A stretch of 64,000 bases of DNA from Dictyostelium discoideum (lineage: Eukaryota), in assembly GCA_000004695.1 (NCBI GenBank), contig CM000154.2:4128001-4192000 (forward strand). The letters are read 5' to 3'. Made by a program: the position numbers and the translations under genes. This document shows, in pieces, positions 29,764-43,985 of the stretch. The notes beneath the pieces are model-generated. The model saw only the letters and a list, made by a program, of their open reading frames with translations, had not been told where the DNA came from and did no database searches. How positions within the stretch are numbered: the stretch's first letter is position 1; every line of letters starts with the position of its first letter.

Positions 29764-31334
29764 TTAATAATAATTAATAATAATACTAATATTATAAATT
29801 TTTATTTTAGAATTTAAATAAAGAAAATAAAGTTGGTATTGATAGTAGATTAATTTCAAAAGGTTATTATGATAGTATGAAATTAGTATTAAAAGAGAAA
29901 TCAATTGATATTAAATTTGATGAAGATGGTGAAAATTTAATTGATAAAGTTAGAGAAAGTTTTAAAGATGAAGAGGAAATACCAGAGTATCCAAAGAATT
30001 CAATTTTCTTTTTAGAGGATAAATTCACAGGTAAACAATCCAATGAGAAATTAAAAGAGATTAGAGAAGAGATGAAGAAACAATCAGCTGATTTAATGGT
30101 GGTTTCAGCATTGGATGAAATCGCTTGGTTATTAAATTTAAGAGGTTCAGATATCTCTTTTAATCCAGTGTTTTTATCATATGTTGTAGTTGAACATGAA
30201 AAAGTTACACTTTTCGTTGACGAGAGTAAATTAAATGATAAAACTAAATCACAATTACCAAGTGGTATTGCAATTTCACCATATAGTTCAGTTTTTGAAT
30301 ATTTAAGAAACTCTGATAAACAAGGTAAAAAGATTTGGATTGATCCACGTTCAAGTGTAGCTTTGTATAATTGTGTATCAATTTCAAATTTACTCGAAAA
30401 GATTAACCCAATTCTATTGTCAAAAGCAATTAAAAATGAAACTGAAATTCAAGGTATGAAGAATGCACATATTCGTGATGCCGTTGCATTGATTCAATTC
30501 TTGGCATGGATGGAAGAGGAGATCGTAGAGAAATCTGATGAAACTTCTCATACTGAATATAGTGTATGTGAGAAATTGGAAGGTTTCCGTCGTCAACAAA
30601 CTGATTTCGTTAGTCTTTCATTCGATACAATTTCATCAATAAATGCAAATGGTGCAATCATTCACTATAAACCAGATGAAACTACATCGGCTACAATTGT
30701 GAAAGGAATGTATTTGGTCGATAGTGGTGCACAATATTTGGATGGTACCACTGATGTAACTCGTACACTTCACTATGGTAAACCAACTCAACATGAAATC
30801 GATTGTTATACTCGTGTATTACGTGGTCATGTTGGTTTAAGTCTTTTGAAATTTCCAAATCGTGTAAATGGTCGTGATATCGATTGTGTTGCTAGAACTC
30901 ATCTTTGGTCGGTTGGTTTGGATTATGCTCATGGAACTGGTCATGGTGTTGGTTCCTTCTTAAATGTTCACGAAGGTCCACAAGGTATCTCTTATCGTGC
31001 AATCGCCAACCCAACCAATCTTCAAGCTGGTATGACATTAACCAATGAACCAGGTTATTATGAATCTGGTAATTTTGGTATCCGTATTGAAAATGTTATG
31101 ATTGTTGCACCAGTTACAACTCAATTCAATAATGGTAAATTCATTGGTTTTGATAATATCACTTTAGTACCATATGAACGTAAATTAATTAATTTAGAAA
31201 TGTTAACAAAAGATGAAATTAACTTTATCAATGATTATTATAAAGAAATTGGTGAAAAAATTTTACCATTAATTGAAAAAACAAATAATCAAAAATCAAT
31301 TAATTGGTTAAAGAATCAAATTAAACCATTATAA
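29355..31334 (+). CDS. xpnpep1: Xaa-Pro aminopeptidase P (M24B metallopeptidase, cytosolic XPNPEP1-type; 627 aa, 2 exons)
   Basis: Exon 1 is 29355..29714 (120 codons) with donor GTAAAT. A 96-nt intron, AG at 29809-29810. Exon 2 (29811..31334) is in frame with ORF 29877..31334. M24 catalytic signatures: YLVDSGAQYLDGTTDVTRT, HGTGHGVGSFLNVHEGP, TNEPGYY. The N-terminus YIVPSEDAHQSEYI…GFSGSAGCVVIT is the typical pita-bread N-domain. Confidence 0.9.
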
Positions 31335-31417
31335 AAAAAAAAAAAGTAAAATAATAAATAATAAATAAATAAATTTTCTTATTAATTAATTCTTTATTGT
31401 TTTTTTTATTTATTTAT

Positions 31418-34400
31418 TTATTTTTCTAATTGATTTGAAATCCAAATTGGCCATTCATCAAAATTAATATTTAAAGATTTAATTTCATCAAACATATCAA
31501 AAATTGAACGACTCATTGACCAACCCATTTGAGCACCTTGTAATTTAAGAGAACGAGCAATGGCAAAGAAATATTTCTCTCTAATTGTATCGATTTCCAA
31601 TTGAATTGATTGTAATTTTTCAGAAGATTCATTTGTTTTTTGATTAATATCAATGTGATATTGTTTATTCATTTCTTCAACTTGATATTCTAAATTATCG
31701 ATTTTACCAGATTTATCTTGTAATTCTTTTTCCAATTGTTTAATATTCAATTCTTGATTTGAGATAATATCCAATTGTTGTTGTAACTCTGAAGAGTCTG
31801 GTGATGTATTTAATGATTGAGTCTTTAATCTTTGATTCAATGTATCAATTTCATTCTTCCAACCATCATTCTCTTCTTCCAATTGTTGACATTTCAATTC
31901 ATTCTCTTGTTTATTCTTATTAAATTGTTGACATAAATCTTGTAATTGTTGTTCTAATTGTTGATTCTTTTCTTTTAATTCATTAATAATTTCTTCTTTT
32001 TCTACAATTAATTCATCATTTGAATTTGATAAATCTGGACTAATCATTTGTTGTTGTTGATGTAAAGATGATGAGGATGATCTTTCTTTATAAGATTCTC
32101 TTAATTGTAATTCAAGATCACTAATAATTTGTGATTTTTCTATTAATAAATTATCTTTTTCAGATAATTGATTTGTAATTAAATTTAATTGTGATTGAAT
32201 TTCATTAAAACCTTCTTTTGATAATGAATGAATTTCATTATCTTTTTCATTAATTTTTAAATGAGCATTTGTTAATCTTTCATTTAATGATTTAACTAAA
32301 TCTTTTTGATCATTAATTTCATTTAAACTTTCATCATAATCATTTATCATTTCATTTAATTCTTGTTCTTTTTCTGATAATTTCTCTGAAATTAATTTAA
32401 TCTCTTCTTTTAATTCATTAATATCATCATTTTTTTCATTAACTGTATCTTTTTCTAAATTTAATTCATTTTCTAAATCTTGTAATTTTTCTTTTAATTC
32501 TTCAATTAATTGTATATTTTCTTCATTATTATTATCATTATCATTATTGATATTTATTTCTTTTTCTTTTTCATTTAATTGATTATTAATATCAATTATT
32601 TTATTATTTTGATTTTCAATTTCTTGATCTTTTTCAATTAATTTTAATTGTAATTGATTTAATTCATTTTCTTTTTCACTAAATTGATGATTTACATCAA
32701 TGATTTGTGAATTTAAATCTAATATTTTATTATTTTTTTCTTCTAATTCTTGTTCTAAATTTTCAAATTTACTTTGTTGATCTTTTGATAATGATTCATT
32801 AGTTTGAATTAATTCATTAATTTTATTATCTTTTTCATTAATTTCATTTAGTTTTTCATTTAATTTTGACTGTAATTCATCTAGTGATGATTGATTATTT
32901 TCAATTAATTGATTAATTTCATTTTGTTTTTCATTTAAATTTGATTGTAATTCATCTAATGATGATTGATTATTTTCAGTTATTTGATCGATTTCATTTT
33001 GTTTTTCATTTAATTTTGATTGTAATTGATTAAGTTTTTCATCTCTTTCAATTATTGAAGATTCAAATGATTTTAATTGATTTTCTTTTTCTTGTAATTG
33101 ATCAGATAATTGAATTAATTTTGATTGTAATTCATCAGAAGATGATTCATTATTTTCAACTAATTCATTAATTTTATTTTGTTTTTCATTTAATTTTGAT
33201 TGTAATTCATTAATTTCTTGATGTTTTTCGTTTAATTTTGATTGTAATTCATCAGAGGATGATTGATTATTTTCAATTAATAGATTAATTTCATTTTGTT
33301 TTTCATTTAATTTTGATTGTAATTCATTAGAAGATGATTGATTATTTTCAATTAATTCATTAATTTCATTTTGTTTTTCATTTAATTTTGATTGTAATTC
33401 ATCCAATGAATCTTGATTTGATTTAGTTAATTGAACAAGTTTTTCTTGATTTTCAATGATTATTGAATCTAATGATTTTAATTTTTCATCTTTTTCTTTT
33501 AATTCATCAGATAATTGAATTAATTTTGATTGTAATTCATCAGAAGATGATTCATTATTTTCAATTAATTCATTTAATTTTGATTGTAATTCACTAATTT
33601 CTTGATGTTTTTCATTTAATTTTGATTGTAATTCATCAGATGATGATTGATTATTTTCAATTAATTGATTAATTTCATTTTGTTTTTCATTTAATTTCGA
33701 TTGTAATTCATCTAATGATGATTGATTATTTTCAATTAATTGATTAATATTAATTTCTTTTTCATTTAATTTCGATTGTAATTCATTGACTGTAACTTGA
33801 TTAGATTGAATTAATTGATCAAGTTTATCTTGATTTTCAATGATTGAAGTTTCTAATGATCTTACATTTTCATTTTTATCTTTTAATTCATCAGATAATT
33901 TAATTAATTTTGAATTTAATTCATCAGATGATGATTGATTATTTTCAATTAATTCATTAATTTTATTTTGATTTTCATTTAAATTTGATTGTAATTCATT
34001 GATTATAGATTGATTATTTAAAAGTTTTTCATCTTTTTCTTGTAATTGATCAGATAATTGAATTAATTTTGATTGTAATTCATCAGATGATGATTCATTA
34101 TTTTCAACTAATTCATTAATTTTATCTTGTTTTTCATTTAAATTATCTTGTAATTGATCAATTTTTTCATCTCTTTCAATGATTGAAGATTCTAATGATT
34201 TTAATTTTTCATCTTTTTCTTGTAATTTATCAGATAATTGATTTAATTTTAATTTTAATTCATCAGATGATGATTGATTATTTTCAATTAATTCATTAAT
34301 TTTATTTTGATTTTCATTTAAATTTGATTGTAATTCATTGATTACAGATTGATTATTTAAAAGTTTTTCATCTTTTTCTTGTAATTCATCAGATAATTGA

Positions 34401-36037
34401 TTTAATTTTAATTTTAATTCATCAGATGATGATTCATTATTTTCAATTAATTGATTAAGTTGATTATCCTTTGAAATTAATTGATTTTCTTTTTCATTTA
34501 ATTTATTATTAATTTCTAAAATTTGATTTTCTTTATCTTGTAATTTATTTGATAATTGATTAATATCATTTAATTTTTCAAGTAATTCATTAGAGATATC
34601 ATTTAATTTTAATTGTAATTGGTCAGATGATGAAGTACTATTTTCAATTTCTTTTTGTTTATCAATTGATTGTTTTGATAATTCTTGAATTTTATTATCT
34701 TTTTCATTTAATTGATTAGAAATTTTTGAAATATTATCATTTAATTCTAAAATCATTTGATTGTTTTTATTATTATCAATTTCATGTTGTTGATTTAATT
34801 GAGTTAATTGATTATCTTTTAATTGAATTTCTTTAAGTTTATCATCTACTATTGATTTTAAAGATTGAATTTCATTATTTACCAATTGTAATTTCGTTGA
34901 GAATTGATTTTTATCATTTTCTAAATCCAATTGAGATTGTTGTAATGATTGTTGAAATGATTTAACTTGTGATAAACTTTGTTGATTCATTTCATTTAAT
35001 TCATTTTCTTTATCTTGAATTTCCAATTGATATTGATTAATTCTTTTTTCAAATTGTTGTTTTTGTGTATCGATTAATGATTGTAAATCATTGTTTTCAT
35101 CTTTAATTTCATTTAATGATTCTTGTAATCTTTTGATATTATCCTCTAACAATTGATTAACTTTTGAATCATTTGTTGAATTTAAATTCTCAATCAATTG
35201 AATCTCTTTGATTTTTTCAGTTAATTTTAAAATTTCATTATCTTTTTTAGTTTGTTCAATCTCTGAACGATGTTCAATATCAACCAATTTCTCCACTTGT
35301 TTCTCCAATGATTTCATTGACTCGTCTTTACTTGATAGTTGTAGAGTTAGTGATTTAATTTCTTGTTCTTTTTTAGTGGTTTCTTGAATTTCAATGGTTC
35401 TTTGTTCTTCAAATTTCTTTTCTTTCTCTTGGTATCTTTTTTCAGACTCTTGATGTTTCTCATTCAAATGTTTGATTTTCTCACGAAGTTTTATTATATC
35501 ATTATCTTTGGTTTTAATTAACCCATCCAATACTTGAACTTGACTTGAATTGATTTCATGATACTTAATTGCATCTTTTATACCTTCAATCCAATAGTTT
35601 ATCTCTGTATCATTTTTAGCTCTTAATATATAAACTCTTCCTGGTACTTCAACATGAAATACAAAATTACCATCAACTTTCTTTATTGATGTAACTTGAC
35701 GAATATCTAAATATCCCAATGATAATGCTGTTGAACTTTGTGTTGATGAACTAAAACTTACATCTTTTGGTGGTGGACTTTCAAAATAATGTAAATCAAA
35801 TCCATTTTTTGCTAATGAAAAATATCTATTTTTATATGATTTATAAATTCCTTTTTCCTTTTTTTTTTTTTATTAATTATTTTGTTGGAAAAATAAAATA
35901 AAAAAAATTGGGTGTTGGTGTGGTTGGGAGAAAAAAAAAGTGAAAAAAAAAAAGTAAAAAAAAAAAAAAAGTAAAATAGTATTTTATTTTATACTCACTC
36001 CCTGTTTTTCGAGGTATCCTTCTAAAAGAATTGACAT
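31418..36037 (-). CDS. PH-domain protein with a >1400-aa Ser/Asn/Gln/Glu-rich coiled-coil tandem-repeat rod (~1492 aa, 2 exons)
   Basis: Exon 1 is 36037..35999 (MSILLEGYLEKQG) with donor GTGAGT. A 141-nt intron, AG at 35859/35858. Exon 2 (35857..31418) continues EKGIYKSYKNRYFSLAKNGFDLHYFESPPPKD…VYILRAKNDTEINYWIEGIKDAI, a canonical PH domain. After it come long-period repeats (NQSSSDELQSKLNEKQNEINELIENN…) that are nearly identical at the DNA level. Confidence 0.8.
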
Positions 36038-36138
36038 TTTTTTATAATCAAAAAAAAAAAAAAAAAAAAAGAGTAGGATTACTATTCGAACAGTGAAAAA
36101 AAAAAAAAAAAAATTAAAAATAAAAAAAAAAAAAAAAA

Positions 36139-36180
<42 letters not shown>

Positions 36181-36698
36181 TTTTTCCAACTGACACATCA
36201 TATTAATCAAAAAAAAAAAAAAAAAAAAAATAAAATAAAAAAAATAAAATAAAAAAAAAAATAAAATAAAAAAAAAATAAAATAAAATAAAAATCATTTT
36301 AATTACATTTCAAAATAAAAAAAAAAAAAAATAAAAAAAAAAATAGTAATTATAAAGTTAATGTTTATTTTATTTTAATTTATTATTTTTTTGTTATGGT
36401 ATTTATAGTTTAATGTGTTGTTATTATGCAGTGATTATATTTTAATAGAATTTAATCCCAGAAAATTAAATTTTTAAATTTTTTTTTTTTTTTTTTGTAA
36501 AATTTTAATTGAGACCCAGATCCAAAAAAATTGATTTGATTAAATTAGTTTATTTTTTATTTTTCTATTTATTCAAAGTTTTATAAATTTCTTATTTCAT
36601 TTTTTATTTTATCATCTAAATTTGCTTACAAAGATTCTGCTATTCATCATTTTCTCCTTTTTTTCTTCCTTTTTTTTTTTATTTATTATTAATAATTA

Positions 36699-38145
36699 TT
36701 AATTTAATATTTGTACAGATTTATCTAATTTACAAACATCTAAAGATGATGGTTCAATATTTCTATTTAAAATAATTGTTTGAATTGTTTTTGGTATTGA
36801 TCCTTCAAATAGTTGTGTATTTACACAGCCTAAAATTAATATCCTTATGGAATTTGGAATGATTCCTGGTGTTAGTGCTTGATTAAATCCATTAAAGATA
36901 CACAAGTTGGTTACAGAATTTGGTATTGAATTCACTAATAATGCTTGTTTAATTCCTCCCAAATGTAAATCGCACACTCCATTTGTAATTATACCTGGTG
37001 ATATTATTTGATTGAAACCATCATTGAAATATAATGAATGAATCGATTTAGGAATAGAACCCTCAATCAATAAATCATTAACTTGTTTGAATTCTAATGA
37101 TTTAACACCCTCTGGTATAATACCTGCTGTAAGTAATTGGTTAAAGCCTTTATAAAAGTTTATTTTTGAAACTGTTTTTGGTATTGACCCAATTGCTAAT
37201 GGTTTTGTTATTTCCTGTAATGTTACAATTTCAACACTTTTTGGAATAATACCTGGCGTTAATGTTTGAGAGAATCCATCTTTTAGAATCAATTGTTTTA
37301 CTGACTCTGGAATTGATCCAATGTTTAGTTCACTTTTAATATTATGTAATGTTAAGTATTGCACACCTCCTGTGGGTGTATATGGCAATATATCTTCATT
37401 TTTTACCTGACAGGAAGGAATAATACCAGGTTCTAATGATTGATTAAATCCATCATGAAGTATTAAACTTGAAATAGTTGATGGTATTGATCCAACTACT
37501 AATGGTGTTTTAATATCACATATTTCTAAATATTTAATACCAAGTGGTAATACACCTGGTTCTAAACTTTCTTTAAATCCATCTAATAACATAACACTCT
37601 TTAAATTAGGTTCTGATTTAAATTTTAATAAACTACCACAATCTTCTCCGAATGCAATTGCTTCTTTATCTTTATAGTTTGAAAATTCACATTTCTCTGA
37701 ATGTATATAATATTTCCCATACCTACCTATTTTTATAAAAATTTAATATCTATACCATAATAATTACATTTTTTTAATTTCAATTTAAACACTTACTCCT
37801 TATAAATTTAAAATTATTTTCATCGAATTCAATGTTTAGTTTTTTATTTTTATTGTTCTCTATAATATTATCAAATTTATAAATTAATTTTAAAATATTT
37901 TTAATATCATCTATTTTTTGATTATTGAATAGTATTGATTGATTTTTATATTCTTTTAATTTATTTATATTATCAAAATTATTATTATTATTTACTATTA
38001 TTGATGATTGTTGATATTTTTTAATTAATTGATAAATTTCTTCATTTTCAAGCCAGTTATAAATTTGATTTTCATCATAATTTTGTAAGTCAGGATCATT
38101 GAGATTATCCAATTTATAACTTATTGATTCTATATTAATACCCCA

Positions 38146-38198
<53 letters not shown>

Positions 38199-38676
38199 TA
38201 TTATTGTTATTATCATTATCATTATTATTTTTGATTGATGAATTAATAGTAGTATTAATTGATGTATTTTGATCAAATGTTGTTTTTAATTGCTTTTCAA
38301 TATCTAATTGAATAATTTGAAGTATTTTATGAAATTTATTAAATTCATCTGTTATTAAGTTTTTATTATTTTCATATTGTTGTTTTATTTCATTATAAAT
38401 ATTTTCAGATTCATTGATTATTTGTTTATCATTTTCTATTGTTTCTTTTAATTTTGGAATGATATCATTTTTAAATAAATTCATCATTTTGAGAATATTT
38501 GATGTTTCCATTGAATCTATAGAATTTGTTTTATGACCATAGTGTTCACCATCTTGAGAAATACATTGATTACAACATGGAATTAATTTACAATCCAAAC
38601 ATAAAAGTTTTATTTTTTTATTTGTATGATGTGTACATTTGTTATTGTTACTATCTAATATTATATCATTATTCAT
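36699..38676 (-). CDS. B-box zinc-finger + coiled-coil + FNIP-repeat protein, paralog A (~635 aa, 2 exons)
   Basis: Exon 1 is 38676..37797 (B-box [36 protein letters not shown], then a coiled coil with poly-N). Donor GTAAGT (plus acttac 37791-37796), a 70-nt intron, AG at 37728/37727. Exon 2 (37726..36699) is phase-1 compatible (…[19 protein letters not shown]…[16 protein letters not shown]…) and carries FNIP repeats ([27 protein letters not shown]…). Confidence 0.8.
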
Positions 38677-38869
38677 TTTTAATTTTATTTGTTTTTGAAA
38701 AATAAAAAAAATAAAATAAACTAATGGGAATGTGTGAAAGGAAAGTGTTGTTGAATTTTTTTATTTTTTGTTATGGGATTAATAGTTTAATGTGTTGTTA
38801 TTGCTCAGTGGTAGAGCTTTAATTTTTTATTGAAAAAAAAAAAATGGAAAAGTGTGGGTGTGGGAAATT

Positions 38870-39300
38870 TGTTATTAAAAAAAAAGTTAGAAATTTTACT
38901 GTTTTATGAGAAATTATTCTTCTTGCATTTTAAGAAAAGATATTATAATTTAATAAAATTTCTAACAAACTAATATCAATTATTAAAAAATAATTAATTA
39001 TATTTTATTATTAATTATCATAAAATAATAAAAAAGAATCTGGTCAATTATAAAAATTTAAAATTAATCAAAAATTAATATTATTAAAATTGAATAATTC
39101 ATTTGTCGTTAAATTTTAAAAAATTAATTTATTTACCATATTGTGAGAAATTATACTATTGTAATTTCTCATTTTTTAAAACAAAATACTATAATTTAAT
39201 AAATTACTATACAATTAATAATAAATAAAATATAATACAATTGTAATTTATCATTTTTTAAAACATAAAACTAAAATTTAATATACAATACAATTAATAA
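38870..39300. repeat. three imperfect tandem copies of a ~75-bp AT-rich unit in the spacer between the FNIP paralogs
   Basis: Units such as (t)gtaatttctcattttttaaaacaaaatactataatttaataaatt…caattaataataaataaaata recur at ~38884, ~39160 and ~39236. Confidence 0.55.
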
Positions 39301-39404
39301 TAAATAAAATATCACATATTATTAAAAATTATAATGAAATGATGGTGTATAATAAATATTTTAATAAGAATTTTAATTTTTTTTAAATAATAGTTTTTTA
39401 TTTA

Positions 39405-41617
<2,213 letters not shown>

Positions 41618-41802
41618 TTTTAATTTTATTTGTTTTTGAAAAAAATAATAAAAAATAAAAAAAATAAAAAAATTTTAAAAAATAAAAAAAATTAATTTTT
41701 TTTGTAAAATTTTAAGTGAAAATATGCTATAAAATCTGGATCTTAAAAAACTAAAAAAAATTGATTTGGAATATTTTTTTTTTTTTTTTAATTTCAAACC
41801 AA

Positions 41803-42200
41803 CTAAAATACCAATAACAACAGAAACAAGATCATCAAAATTAAATAAAAATTAAAAATTAAATTACCATATGGTATATTTATATAATCTATCAAAACCA
41901 AATAACTGTGCCTATTCATATGCGGTTTGGTGACATAATTTGGTATTGAACTAACTACTAATGGTTGTTTAATTTCTCCTAAATATAACTCCCTCACTCC
42001 ATTAGTTATTATACCTGGTGATATTTTTTGATTGAAACCGTCACTGAATAAATCGACCTTTTGGGAATTGAACCCCTTTAATGTTTGAGAGAATCCATTT
42101 TTTAGTGTCAATTCGAATACTGACTCTGGAATTGATCAAATGTTTACCTCACTTTTAATATTATGTAATGTTAAGTGCCTTACGCCTCCATAACGAATAA
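41803..42200 (-). pseudogene. decayed third FNIP-repeat copy (fragment with internal deletions, no B-box exon)
   Basis: ORF 41803..42111 (…[38 protein letters not shown]…) and DNA at 42060..42190 match parts of paralog B exon 2 (around 39720 and 39990..40090). They are out of frame and interrupted, and there is no upstream B-box exon. Confidence 0.5.
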
Positions 42201-42861
42201 TAATAAAAAAAACATAAATAAAAAAAAAAAATTAGAAAAAAACTAAAAAAAAAAAATAAAATATTAAAAAAAACATTTTAATCATTTTTTTTGATCTGAA
42301 GTTATGTTACTATTCACAACCAAATTTATTTTTTTTTTTTTTTTGATTTCTCATTAACGTTTTCAAAAAAAAAAAATAAAAAAATAAAAAAATAAAAAAA
42401 AAATAATAAAAATAAAAAAAAATGGTTTGAAGATTTTTACAATCCCATTGATCCGTTTTGCTTTTTTTTTAATTTTTTTTTTTAAAATTTTTGATTTCTT
42501 TTCTGACCCAGTTTGACATTTTATTTTTTTTTTTTTTTCTTTTTTTTTTTTTTTCACATTCTTATTAGTTTGTATAATTATATAAACAAACCCAATAAAC
42601 TAATTTTAATATTGCATCCCTCATTTAAATAAATGTGTGGCAAACTCAAAAAAAAAAAAAATAAAAATAAAAATAATAAATAAATAAAAATAAAAATAAA
42701 AATAAAAATAAAAATAAAAATAAAAAAAAATAAAAATAAAAAAAAATAATCAAATAAAAAAAACATAAAAAAAAAAAATAAATAATTTCATTCTTTTAAT
42801 AGAACACACAAACATTCTTTAGAACAAAAAAAAAAAAAAATTAAAATAATAAAGCCAAAAC

Positions 42862-42904
<43 letters not shown>

Positions 42905-42907
<3 letters not shown>

Positions 42908-43717
42908 AAATTTGGTAAATACCTCGAAAGCCAGGTGGAGGCAAGTATCTGATTTTTTTTTATTTTTTTTATTTTTATTTTTTATATTTTTTTTTTTTCT
43001 ATTTTTCTATTTTTATATTTTTCTATTTTTATAATTTTCTATTTTTATAATTTTCTATTTTTATATTTTTTTTTTTAATAATTTTATCATACCATACTAA
43101 TAAATTAAAAATCATAACAGTCAACATGGTCAGATCGTTATGTTGATTATAAAGGAATTAGAAAATCATTAAAAAGGTTTAAAAGTGAAATTGAATCATT
43201 AAATATACATATAAGTGAATTAAAAGCATATAATTTAAATAATGCAACCTCAAAAATCAATTCAAAACAACCAAGTCCAACAACAGCAACTGCAACAACA
43301 ACAACAATTGGTATTAGTAGTAGTAATGGTGGTAGTAATTTATTAAGAAATAGTATATCAACAAGTAAATTCATGAACTTATCACAAACACCACTTGGAT
43401 CATCAACACCAATGCCAAGTGACCAAATTACAGCAATCAATACAAGTAAATCAATATTAGAATCTATGGAACAACTTAAAGAGATTCAAGATAGGTTAGT
43501 TAAATCTTTAACTGATGAAGTATCAAAAGTAAATGATTTCTATATGGAAAGAGAAAAAGAAGCACAAGAAAGATTTGATAAATTAAAAATTCAAGTACCA
43601 TTATATTTAAAATCAAAAGAGAAACAAAGAAGAGAAAATGAAAAAGAATTAAATGATCATGATGAACTTTTATCATATTCTGAATCTTACCATTATTCAA
43701 AGAAAAAGAATAAATTA

Positions 43718-43767
<50 letters not shown>

Positions 43768-43954
43768 AACTTCACCACCACCATTATCACATGACCAACA
43801 ACACTTACAACAACCAGAAATTAAAAGAATTAATCAACATCATGCTGTATTAAATTTAACACCAATTAAAAGTACACCATTATCACCAAAACAACAAGAT
43901 GGTTCATCAAAGAAAGAAGTTAAAATTAGTTTATTATCATCACCAATTTTAGAG

Positions 43955-43985
<31 letters not shown>

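Noticed and set aside
38795-38822. Possible tRNA gene
   Set aside because: Only the D-arm consensus is present. There is no acceptor stem complementarity and no anticodon or T-arm (GTTCGAATC). It is kept as a low-interest relic in the findings.
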